DNA of 63,737 nucleotides, the filler included, from Octopus bimaculoides (taxonomy: Eukaryota), in the NCBI RefSeq assembly GCF_001194135.2. It is 4 parts of 4 records of this genome, joined end to end, with 100 filler letters (N's around TTAATTAATTAA, not from the genome) between each part and the next. Parts side by side here need not be neighbours in the genome. Positions count along the whole stretch, not along the records: positions 1 to 21,567 come from NC_068987.1; 3 more parts are not named here. One strand, written 5' to 3'. Below the pieces are notes generated by a model that was not told the origin of the DNA, did no database searches, and worked only from the letters and a program-made list of their open reading frames with translations. Below are positions 1-11,339 of this stretch, piece after piece. The translations under genes and the position numbers were made by a program. How positions within the stretch are numbered: the first letter of the stretch is position 1; every line of letters begins with the position of its first letter.

Positions 1-160
1 GATGCTGTCCTGCTAGTTATGCAAGCTGGCCAACATTTCCCCAATCTAAAGACGGACTGGAGCAATGTGAAATGCAGCATCTTGCTCAAGAACACAATAC
101 AACACCTGGTCTGGGAACTGAACCCACGGTCTAACGATCACAAGCACAACAGCCTAAACC
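1..160 (-). mobile_element. tRNA-derived SINE family C, partial
   Basis: Reverse complement matches the head of the copies at 9965, 23835 and 60229 (ttcttgagcaag..acattgctccagtcc). Confidence 0.7.
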
Positions 161-188
161 TCAGCTTTTAACCATTATTTCCCTTTCA

Positions 189-1036
189 AAGGCGGTGAGC
201 TGGCAGAAATGTTAGCACGCCAGGCGAAATGCTTAGCGGTATTTTATCTGTCTTTATGTTCTGAGTTCAAATTCTACCGAGGTCAACTTTGCCTTTCATC
301 CTTTCAGGGTCGATAAATTAAGTAGCAGTTGCATACTGGGGTTAATCTAATCGACTGGCCCCCCCTCCCTCAAAATTGTGTCTTGAGTAGAAAAGATTAT
401 TTCCCTTTCATTTTCTCAGAACTAATTGCTCCTTCGTAAATGAATATCCAACATCATTCAAACGTATTCAACCGTAATCCAGCAGCAACTGTTTTTGCAT
501 GTGTTTAAAATTTTTACCTGACACCTATTGAGAAGTAGATCTGGGCTTGTCACCTGTTATTAGTCAACAAACTCTTTTCTTTCGAAACCAGCTTTTCTTT
601 TCTGCTCTACAACAAAAGAGTAATTACAGTATTAAAACCTGAGCCTATCCTTTTTGGTCATAAGCATCTACTAACAATACTAACGTCATGATGACTGTTA
701 TTATTATTATTAATATCGTATTTATTATCATTATTATTATTATTATTATTATTATGGCAGCGAGCCAGTAGAAACGTTGGCACGCTGGGTGAAATGCTTA
801 GCGGCATTTCGTCAGTCTTTACATTCTGAGTTCAAATTCTACTGAGGTCGACTTTGCCTTTCATCCTCTTGGGGTCGATAAATTAAGTACCAGTTGCAAA
901 CTGGGGTCGATCTAATCCTTGTGCCTAGAGTAGAAAAGATTATTATTAGAATAGAAAAGATTATTATTAGAGTAGAAAAGATTATTGGTAATATAAGATT
1001 ATAATTAATTATTATTAATATTGTATTATCATCATA

Positions 1037-1083
<47 letters not shown>

Positions 1084-2330
1084 TAAGGCGGCAAGCTGGT
1101 AGAATTGTTGGCATGCCGGGTGAAATGCGTAGCGGCATTTTGTCTGTCTTTACATTCTGAGTTCAAATTCCGCCAAGGTCAACTTTGCCCTTCATCCTTT
1201 TGGGATCAGTGAAAATAAGTACCAGTTGCGTACTGGGATCGATGTAATCAACTAGCCCCTTCCCACCAAACTCGCTGGCTTTGTGGCAAAAAAATAGAAA
1301 CCATTATTATCATTGTTGTTGTTGTTGTTGTTGTTGAGGTGATGAGCTGGCAGAATCGTTAGCACACTGGGTGAAATGCCTAGTGGTATTTCATCCATCT
1401 TCACGTTTTGAGTTCAAATTCTGCCAAGGTCAATTTTGCTTTTCATCCTTTCGGGGTCAATAAATTAAGTACCAGTTGAGAACTGGGGTCGATGTAATTG
1501 CCTAGTCCCCTCCCCTAAATTTCAGGCCTTGTGCCTTTAGTAGAAAGGCTTATTATTATCATTATTAAGACATCAAGCTGGCAGAATTGTTAGCATGCCT
1601 TGCAAAATACTTAGTGGTATTTGTCCATCTTTATGTTCTGAGTTCAAATTCTGCTGAGGTCAGCTTTGCCTTTCATCCTTTTGAGATGGATAAAATAGAT
1701 ACCAGTTGAGTACTGGGGTTGATATAATTGACTTCCCCCACCCACCCCACTCCTGAATTTGCTGGCCTTGTGCCAGAATTTGAAACCATTGTTGTTGTTG
1801 TTTAATAACAGGTATACAATTCTCAAGATTAGGGCTTCCAGATAAAGCAATTGACTTTTAAATAGCTCTCTGCAAAAGCTGGAAACCAGTATTATAATCT
1901 CTGTGGAAAAATGCTTAGCGGTATGTCACCCATTGCTACGTTCTGAGTTCAAATTCTGCCAAGATCAACTTTTACCTTTCATCCTTTGAAGGTTGATAAA
2001 TTAAGTATCAGGTGAGTATCGACTGTCCCCTCTCCCAAATTTCAGGCCTTGTGCCCATAATAGAAAGGATTATCTCTGTTTAGAAAGGTGATGAGCTGGC
2101 AGGGTCGTTAGCATACTAGGCAAAATGCTTAACAATATTTTGTCCACCTTGGTATTCTGAGTTCAAATTCTGCCGAAGTCGACTTTGCCTTTCATCCTTT
2201 CAGGGTCAACTTAGCCTTTCGTCATTTCAGGGTCAGCAAAATAAGCACCAGTTTCGCACGGGTGTTGATGTAATTGACTGGCCCCCTCTCCCAAAATTTC
2301 AGGCCTTGTACCTTTAGTAGAAAGGATTTT
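189..2330 (+). mobile_element. Cluster of 7 head-to-tail family A SINEs (approx. 189-400, 755-990, 1084-1320, 1335-1565, 1566-1800, 1905-2075, 2083-2330)
   Basis: Repeated ~220-bp unit aaggcggtgagctggcagaa..gttctgagttcaaattc (B-box-like)..ctttcatcctttcggggtcgataa..gagtagaaaag followed by (ATT)n or (GTT)n tails. Confidence 0.9.
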
Positions 2331-2394
2331 TTTTCATTTTAGGGTTGTACCTGACAGATCCATGACCAGCATCAGCATCATCATCATCATCAGC

Positions 2395-2630
2395 AGCAGC
2401 AGCATCATAATCATCTATATTTATCATCAGCCCCAGGACATTAATGTCTCAAATCCTCGTGTTCATAGGACCGCACTACCCGACTTCCATGGTGTGTAAG
2501 TGACCAAAATCACATTTCCCCTGGACAGGATGCTAATCCATCACGAAGTTATTCATTTAAAACTGAGAGAACAGACTGGAACAGGTCGAGGAATTGAAAC
2601 CATGATCTCACAACAAGCTCTAAGCCACAT
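2395..2630 (-). mobile_element. SINE family C, decayed
   Basis: cctggacaggatgctaatccatc..gaattgaaaccatgatc is the reverse complement of the family C body and head. Confidence 0.6.
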
Positions 2631-2901
2631 GCCTTTACTGAAAGATCAGTAAATCAAAGCTCTTTTGTAGTTACTAATTACTTTCCCCTTTTCAAGCCAT
2701 TCTGTGGGCTGACTTCAGTTTTGACTTCTCCAGGCTCAATAAACAGAACTTTCTAATAATATATTAATATTCTACAACTTTCTAGTTTAAGTTTGCAACT
2801 TTCTTACATATGCAAGACACAATTATTAATTCTGCATCTGATCTCCTTAATCTGCAAATGTTATTTATATTTATGTGTGTGTGTTTCTTTCTTTCTTGCA
2901 G

Positions 2902-2996
2902 ATTAGTCTTTTCAATTTGCAATTGTACATTTCTAAAGAAAACGCAATGAGGAATTTCATATTTACATCAAGTTATTACATTCATCTCCTAACTTG
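2902..2996 (+). CDS. Candidate spliced exon of an unidentified host gene (possible start exon, ATG at 2947: [16 protein letters not shown])
   Basis: Acceptor tctttctttcttgcag| and donor TTG|gtaagt; only one frame is open. No homology recognised. Confidence 0.4.
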
Positions 2997-3043
2997 GTAA
3001 GTACTTATTTAACTGCTATTTCTCTTTCCGTTTTTACTTTCAG

Positions 3044-3544
<501 letters not shown>

Positions 3545-3550
<6 letters not shown>

Positions 3551-3715
3551 CAATTTCCGCAAGACACCTGATGAAGGCTGGAGGGTTTATCAGCCGAAAC
3601 GTATGTATGTGTATGTGTGTCTGTTTGTGCGTATGTATATATATGTGTGTGTTAACAACAAACAAGATGAGGACAAATATCCGTCAAATGTAAATAATGT
3701 AAATAATGTACATAA
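3545..3715 (+). mobile_element. Penelope-like terminal relic with type I hammerhead core
   Basis: acac-CTGATGA-a-ggctg(10 nt)cagcc-GAAAC-gt; the downstream aagatgaggaca..ccgtcaaatgtaaataatgt block is shared, in diverged form, with 33120 and 33425. Confidence 0.65.
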
Positions 3716-3960
3716 CAGAGATATTTAAAAAATCAGGTAACACACACACATATTCATATGCACACATATAAACATACCATACCTATAATGCACACACACA
3801 CACACATATATATATACATACGCACAAACAGACACACATACACATACATACATACATACATCCACACACACACAGAGTTGTAAAATTTACAATCTTTCTA
3901 TAATTTTAATTTTCAGATCTGATAAATGATAGTTACAATGAGCGAGAGAGAGAGAGAGAG

Positions 3961-3991
<31 letters not shown>

Positions 3992-4455
3992 AAGGGTATG
4001 GAGTTTCCAGCTTTGTAATTAGTTTTGAAAATGTCTGACTTAAAACAAGTAAAAATTAACTTCAGCCAGACAGTGATCTTCACTAACATATCTTTAACTG
4101 ATAGAGTTGGTGTTGTCAACAAATAGATATTTTCATTGCTTTTGTAGCGTTTGAGGAGAATGAAACGGAAACTTATGCATTTGTGTGTGTGTGTAAACGT
4201 GTGATTGTGTAACGTTTATATTCTAGTTCTTTTTTGATATTTTACTGGTTTCTTTCCATCAAGGTTGACTTTGCTCTTCATCCTTTCGGGGGTCGATAAA
4301 ATAAAAAGCTTTCAAAGTACTGCGTCGATGTAATCGACTTAGTCCCCTCCCATGAAATTACTGGCCTTGTGCTAAACTGTGAAACCAATATACTAATGGT
4401 TTCTCTGTGTGTTTGTGTGTATTTCATTGTTAGAAAGAATGAAAGGATCTTCATA

Positions 4456-4492
<37 letters not shown>

Positions 4493-4671
4493 CAAAAATT
4501 TAAATGAGAGTTTTGACGCTAATATCCATTATTATTGAAGTTTATTCCTATGTCAACATTTCTGTATAAGGTTATATTTAACTGTCAGACCTTTGGGGAG
4601 AAATCTCTTGCTATTTTGGTAGCGATTACATGTTTATCTCATCAACACATTGTGGAGACATCATCATATGT

Positions 4672-4750
<79 letters not shown>

Positions 4751-4779
4751 CACATGCCTTTTATAACCATGCTGGCCAA

Positions 4780-5045
4780 AGTTATGTGAGTGGATTTGGT
4801 AGATGGAAACTGAAAGAACATACATGTGCATATATATATGTGTGTGTGTGTGATTGTCATTGTCTGATTGCAGTAAAAAGATGTCTGGCCATGGTGGAGA
4901 AATGTTACCTAGCTTGAGGGCAAATAAGGGTTAGCAACAGGAAGGGCACCCAGCTGTAAAAAGTCTACCTCAGTCAATTCTATCCAACTCATGCTAGCTT
5001 GGAAAAGCAAACATTAAAATGATGGTGATGGTGATGGTGATGATG
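4780..5045 (+). mobile_element. SINE B 5' half joined to an RTE-like 3' tail
   Basis: gtgagtggatttggtagatggaaactgaaagaa followed by gggttagcaacaggaagggcacccagctgtaaaa..catgctagcttggaaaag and (GAT)n. Confidence 0.65.
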
Positions 5046-5560
5046 CTGATGAGGAGGAGGAGGAAGAGAGAGAGAGGATGATTGTGTGTATGTGTGTGTG
5101 TGTGTGTGTGCATGTATTCATCGTTTGTGTTATCTCTTTCTAATTGCTGAGTACAGTTTTCTGATTCATTGGCTCTGGTCACACTGTCCAATGCATACCA
5201 GCATAGAAAAGTGGGTGTTAAAACGATGATGATGATGGTGGTGGTGGTGGTGGTGTGTGTGTGTGTGTGTGTGTGTGCATATGCTTCAGCACAGTTTTAT
5301 TATTTCTTTTTAACTGCTGTGCACAGTCCCCTGGCTCATTGCCTCTTGTTGCACTGTCCAACCCATGCCAGCATGGAAAAGTAGATGTGAAAATGATGAT
5401 GTGTGTGTGTGCACGTGCATGCATATATATGTATGTGCGTGTGTGCACGCATGTACACATCATTCTCATTATCATTTTTCATTGCTCCTGTCACACATCC
5501 AACCCATGCCAGCACGGAAAAGTGGATGTGAAAGCAACGACGACGACGACGATTGTGATG
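4975..5560 (+). repeat. Four tandem copies of an RTE-tail unit
   Basis: tccaacccatgccagcatggaaaagtagatgtgaaa + (GAT)n/(GT)n recurs near 4985, 5185, 5355 and 5500. Confidence 0.75.
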
Positions 5561-5682
5561 ATTCTTCCACACAAACTCATGTCAGACATGTTGTTTACCA
5601 GGAGGTTTTTGTCAAACATTTTATGATCAGCAATCTTTACAATAATAACATTTGGACTCACCACACACGCACGCACGAATGC

Positions 5683-5716
<34 letters not shown>

Positions 5717-6124
5717 CCTATCACTTTTGAATCAAAACAAAGAAGATGTGGATGCTGATAATGAATATGTTGATGATAATGTTGCAGAAATAGTTCCTGT
5801 GTTCTTGTTTCTATATATTTAGATTACAACAAGAAGTGTTTGTTTAAATGATTTAACAAGTTACTAAGCCAAAACAAAGCATCATTTCTATATTTACACA
5901 TTTTGCGATCTTTCAACCACCTTATACATCAATTAATTGTATTCACGATTTAAATATCTGTGTTTCTACTATCACTGTACTCATACGTATACATAAATAC
6001 ATACACTTACGTACTTGTTAATGCACAAGTACACATACATTTATAAATATATAAATATATGTACGTACATACATATGCACGTACGTATGTACGTACGTTA
6101 CATATTTATACATAAATGGATAGA

Positions 6125-6146
6125 AGTCTGGGTAGATGGATGGATG

Positions 6147-6187
<41 letters not shown>

Positions 6188-6221
6188 GTAGGTAGATAGA
6201 TAGATTATATAGATAGGTAAG

Positions 6222-6256
<35 letters not shown>

Positions 6257-6342
6257 GTAGGTAGGTAGGTAGATAGATAGATAGATAGATAGATTGACAG
6301 ATATACATAGGTAGATAAATAGTCAAGCAGATAGATAGATAA

Positions 6343-6379
<37 letters not shown>

Positions 6380-6385
6380 CAGACA
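6125..6385. repeat. (GATA)n/(GGTA)n microsatellite
   Basis: Direct reading. Confidence 0.95.
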
Positions 6386-6641
6386 TACATATGTACAAAC
6401 ACATACACACACATGCTTATGCATACATGAATATATAACCTTGTGTGCTTACTTACACCCGTGTATGCATACACATACATCTGTACAATAAGAATACCTG
6501 AAATATTTTTAGTGAGATTTTTCAGTCGTTGGTGTAGTGATTTGTAATTGCTTTGGTCTAACTTAAATTTCATGGTTCAATTTTATTGTTACTGTCTACT
6601 TTGATACAAAATTTTCAGTGTACAAATAAAACGCACAGCTG

Positions 6642-6686
<45 letters not shown>

Positions 6687-7169
6687 NNNNNNNNNNNNNN
6701 NNNNNNNNNNNNNNNNNNNNNNNNNNNNNNNNNNNNNNNNNNNNNNNNNNNNNNNNNNNNNNNNNNNNNNNNNNNNNNNNNNNNNNNNNNNNNNNNNNNN
6801 NNNNNNNNNNNNNNNNNNNNNNNNNNNNNNNNNNNNNNNNNNNNNNNNNNNNNNNNNNNNNNNNNNNNNNNNNNNNNNNNNNNNNNNNNNNNNNNNNNNN
6901 NNNNNNNNNNNNNNNNNNNNNNNNNNNNNNNNNNNNNNNNNNNNNNNNNNNNNNNNNNNNNNNNNNNNNNNNNNNNNNNNNNNNNNNNNNNNNNNNNNNN
7001 NNNNNNNNNNNNNNNNNNNNNNNNNNNNNNNNNNNNNNNNNNNNNNATATATATATGTATGTATAAGACATACTACACCTAATTGATTAATGAGTCATTG
7101 GAGGGAACCTCTGTGTGATCACTCTACCTGTGAAAATTTGTGAAACAACAGCCAAATGTTCCTCATTAT

Positions 7170-7520
7170 GTACAGACATGGTTGTGTGGTTAAGAAGCTC
7201 GCTTTGCAACCACATGATCCCAGGCTCAATCCCACTGTTTTGAACCTTGGGCATATGTCTTCTACTATCGTTGTAGACTGAGTGGATTTGGTAAACAGAA
7301 ACTGAAAGAAGCCTGTAATGTGTGTATATGCGTATGTGTCCCACCACTGATTGACAACAAGTGTTGGTGTATTTATGTCCTTGTAACTTAACGGCTCAGC
7401 AAAAGAGACTAAGTATCAGGCTTATAAAGGCTTCCTAGAGTTGATTTGTGCAACTAAAATTCTTTGAGGTAGTGCCCCAGCATGGTCGCAGTCTAATGAC
7501 TGAAGCAAGTAAAAGATTAA
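7170..7520 (+). mobile_element. SINE family B
   Basis: catggttgtgtggttaagaagc..accttgggcatatgtcttctacta..gtggatttggtaaacagaaactgaaagaagcc..cagcatggtcgcagtctaatgactgaagcaagtaaaaga. Confidence 0.85.
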
Positions 7521-7528
7521 AAAATGGC

Positions 7529-8118
7529 TTAACCCTTTTGTATTCATATAGCTTTGAGATTTCAATTATGTGACTATATTGTTTAGATTAACATTGTAGG
7601 GTAGGTGTAAGAAGCTAGATATGGCCACTTTGAAGAGAAAATAAGAAGTGTCGGGAAGTGGTTATACACCATTAGGTGTACACCGCTTCCGTACATTAAA
7701 TTTCTAGAAGAAACAACGGAATGCAGATTCTGAACAACATAACAATATTTATTTACAGTGGAATTCAGTTCACGCTTGGAGGGAATTCGGTAGCTTGTCG
7801 CCCTCGGTTACTGAGACGCCTCCTGAATGATTTCCGTGGTTATTTGTGAAGCTCTGGTGCTGACATGTGAGAGAGCTCTGTTGGACGTCTTGGCTTGACG
7901 GAGATCAGTCAACGAAGAGACTGAGAAAAGGCGCCAGAGCTGGGTGTCGAACTCTACGCATGCGCATGAGACTCTTCCTGTATTCCTTCCGGAACTAGTC
8001 CCTGCGCATGCGTGGATAAAACTCCGGACACTGAACATATAACAGTCGTCTGCTATAAGGTGTCACTACAGAAGAATATTTTGACTGACTATGGCCAGTT
8101 TAAATGCTAAAGGGTTAA
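7529..8118. mobile_element. piggyBac-like MITE interrupted by a solo LTR
   Basis: TTAA-CCCTTT at the left end, AAAGGG-TTAA at the right end (TTAA TSD, CCC/GGG termini). Confidence 0.75.
7649..8070 (-). mobile_element. Solo LTR, probably Ty3/gypsy type, 422 bp
   Basis: Termini TGT..ACA; 4-bp TSD GAAG at 7645-7648 and 8071-8074; AATAAA on the minus strand near 7750; GC-richer than the flanks. Confidence 0.75.
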
Positions 8119-8149
8119 ATGTTTTATCTCTGTTATAAAACCATAAGCC

Positions 8150-8545
8150 TTTTAAATACTCCATCACATCTTTGATGCGGATTGTTTAACTCTGTTGGAC
8201 TGCATTCAGCACTGTATTTGTAATGCTATTGGTCCTGATCTATTTTCTAAACTGGATTCACTCTCTCATCATTGTCATGTGACTTCCTTGTCTCTTTTCT
8301 GTAAGTATTTCCATGGACATTGTTCCTCTGCGCTCTCTTCTCTGGTTCCTCCTTTAAGAACTTATCAGCCGATCAACTAGACTTGCATCCAGTTCTCATC
8401 AGTATACTGTGCAACCTCCTAATTGTCGTAAAGCACTTTACAGTACCAGTTTCTTCCCTCGCCCCTCTGAACTTTGGAATTCCCTTCCACAGTCTTGTTT
8501 TTCCTCTTCAATATGGTCTCCAGTCTTCTGTCCAGCGTCCATTTT
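8150..8545 (+). mobile_element. CR1/L2/Jockey-group LINE, ORF2 C-terminal fragment
   Basis: Translates with a frameshift to LDCIQH..LDSLSHHCHVTSLSLFCKYFHGHCSSALSSLVPP..SSHQYTVQPPNCRK..SFFPRPSELWNSLP, typical of LINE RT C-termini. Confidence 0.75.
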
Positions 8546-8754
8546 ATTCTAGTAGCTCTTACATTTTCAGTGGTCTAAGGACCTTGTAACGAGCGGATGC
8601 TTTAAAAAAAAACAAAAAGTTCTGCCCACAAGAAAGATTAAGAACTACAGGCCTAGCTGAAGCCAACAGCGATAAACATGATGTTACTGTTGTTGTTGTA
8701 GTTGTTGTTGTTGCTGTTGATGATGATTGGTTGTAAGTGATTTTAGAAACCCTT

Positions 8755-9127
8755 ATTATTACCTCCACTTTAGCGAAGTTGGAGGTATTGTTTTCAGTTG
8801 TGTTTGTTTGTTTGTTTGTCCATGGACAAGATATCTCAAGAACCACTGGATGGATTCGGATGAAACTTTAAGTGAGGTTTGGCCTCAAGACTGGCACAAA
8901 CTGATTAGATTTTGGCATCGATCTGGTACCACATAAGGATTCTGGATTATTTTCCGTTTTTTTTACTTAATTTTTGAGAGCGGTCGGGTTCATTTTTAGT
9001 ATTCTCATTTGTAAGAGCAACTGAGTTTATTTCAGATATTCTCATATTAAAAATCATCTCCAGCTAATCGTTAAGAGGACATTGGTGTTGCCTTTGTGGA
9101 GGTTTGTGCTCTCTGAGTGCTCTTGTT
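8755..9127 (+). mobile_element. Helentron/DINE-1-like non-autonomous element
   Basis: 5' attacctccac..ttggaggt hairpin, (GTTT)n, and 3' subterminal gtggaggtttgtgctctctgagtgctcttgtt; other copies at 13790 and 60724. Confidence 0.55.
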
Positions 9128-9154
9128 ATTATTATTATTATTATTTAATAATAT

Positions 9155-9390
9155 AAGGCAGAGAGCTGGCAGAGTTCTTAGCACGTTGGATAAAACACTT
9201 AGCAACATTTCATATGTCTTTACATTCCGAACATTCCGAGTTCAAATTCCACTGAGGTCAACTTTACCTTTCATCCTTTCGGGAAGGTCAATGAATTCGG
9301 TACCAGTTGTACACTGGGGTTGATATAGTTGACTTACCCTGTCCTTCCCGCAAAATCAAGCTTTGTGCCTTAAGTAGAAAGGATTATTGT
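9155..9390 (+). mobile_element. SINE family A
   Basis: Matches the family A unit. Confidence 0.85.
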
Positions 9391-9964
9391 ATAATCATAA
9401 TTGGTGAGTTAGTGCCAGAGATGTTGACATGCTGTTTATTTTAATGCGTTGAGACAGAAGGCCCCTTTATCTAATAAGCTGATATAATCACTGCCGCACT
9501 CTCTCTCCCTCTCTCTTCTCCCTTTCTTCCTCTCCCCCTCTTTTCCATCTCTGCACCTCTCTCCCATATCTCTCTCTTTCCATCTCTCCCCCTCCTGTCT
9601 CTCACCTTTTTCTCCTCCCCTTCTTTCCCCCTCTCCCTCTCCCTCGTCTCTCCCCCTCTTTCTCTCTCTCACACTCACACACACTTTTAATAATAAATTC
9701 ATTAGCAATGGTAATAATCCAAATTAATTTAGACTGTCTATAAAATATTCTCATGGTTGGATGACTTATCAAACACCCATGACTCACTCTGAAGAACATG
9801 AAATGTCCTACATAGAGGCTCTGTTTGATGTGAACTCAATGAACCCAACAGATCAAGCAGGGCTTAGTGCATGACGGCACTTAGCCAACAACCTCTTTCT
9901 GAACTTTAACTTCCATATATAAAGCACAGGTGTGGTTTTAGGTGCAAGCATGTTGACAGGCAGC

Positions 9965-10655
9965 GGAGGTGTGTAGCCAAGTGGTTAGAGCATTTGACTC
10001 ATGATCATAAGACTGTGGTTTCAATTCCTGGATCAGGTGATAGTGAGGAAATGCATGCTTTAGCTGTTAGGGCATTGGACTCATGATCGTAAGATTGTGG
10101 TTTCAATTCCTGGATCAGGTGATAGTGAGGAGATGCATACTTTAGCTGTTAGGGCATTGGACTCATGATCGTAAGATTGTGGTTTCAATTCCTGGACNNN
10201 NNNNNNNNNNNNNNNNNNNNNNNNNNNNNNNNNNNNNNNNNNNNNNNNNNNNNNNNNNNNNNNNNNNNNNNNNNNNNNNNNNNNNNNNNNNNNNNNNNNN
10301 NNNNNNNNNNNNNNNNNNNNNNNNNNNNNNNNCTGTGGTTTCAATTCCTGGATCAGGTGATAGTGAGGAAATGCATGCTTTAGCTGTTAGGGCATTGGAC
10401 TCATGATCGTAAGATTGTGGTTTCAATTCCTGGATCAGGTGATAGTGAGGAGATGCATACTTTAGCTGTTAGGGCATTGGACTCATGATCGTAAGATTGT
10501 GGTTTCAATTCCTGGACTTGATGACACATAGTGTTCTTGAGCAAAACACTTTTCATGTTAAGTGATCCTACAAGGATCCAGTTTCCTGTCCGGGGAGTAA
10601 ATATCCATACACCATGGACACTGAGAAACTGGCCCTTATGGGTCCATAAGGCTTG
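9965..10655 (+). mobile_element. SINE family C with its tRNA-like head amplified as an 82-bp tandem repeat
   Basis: Unit starts at 10059, 10141, 10379 and 10461; body resumes after 10517. Confidence 0.8.
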
Positions 10656-10677
10656 AGAAGTAGACTTTATTGTGATA

Positions 10678-11065
10678 GGTGCAGGCATGGTTGTGTGGTT
10701 AAGAAATTTGCTTCCCAACGTTGTGATCATAGGTTCAATCCCATTGCATGGAACCTTGGGCTAATGTCTTCTACTGTAGCCCTGAGCTGACCAAAGCCTT
10801 GTGACTAGATTTGTTGGATGGAAACTGAAAGATAATATTTAGGTGCAGGTGGTGAGCTGACAGAAACGTTAGCATGACGGGGAAAATGCTTAGCCGTATT
10901 TCATCTGTTTTACGTTCTGAGTTCAAATTCCACCGAGGTCAACTTTACCTTTCATCCTTTTGTGGTCGATAAATTAAGTACTAGTTGCATACTGGGGCCG
11001 ATCTAGTCAACTGGCCTCCTCCCACAAAATTTCGGGCCTTGTGCCTTGAGTAGAAAAGAATATTA
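10678..11065 (+). mobile_element. SINE B 5' half followed by SINE A
   Basis: ggcatggttgtgtggttaag..ggaaactgaaaga, then ggtgagctgacagaaacgttagc..gagtagaaaag. Confidence 0.8.
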
Positions 11066-11339
11066 GTTCATTAATTACCTAAAGCGGAGTCAGAGTCGGA
11101 GGTGCCAATAGTAGAGGAGTCAGAGTCGGAGTCGAAGTTTTTTGTTTCAACACATCACAGCCCTGTTTCTATTTCCACCTTTTTTTTTTTTTTCTGTGTA
11201 TGCCCACTTTGACAGCCTCCTTTTGTTCAGTTACTTTCTTCAGATTCTTTACCTGTTACATACCCCCCNNNNNNNNNNNNNNNNNNNNNNNNNNNNNNNN
11301 NNNNNNNNNNNNNNNNNNNNNNNNNNNNNNNNNNNCCCC

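Noticed and set aside
9733-9875. Frame LSIKYSHGWMTYQTPMTHSEEHEMSYIEALFDVNSMNPTDQAGLSA as a terminal exon
   Set aside because: Weak acceptor; direct joining to the 2902 exon creates TGA; no homology recognised.
9965-10520. CRISPR-like array
   Set aside because: Units repeat in full with no unique spacers; eukaryotic SINE-derived tandem repeat.
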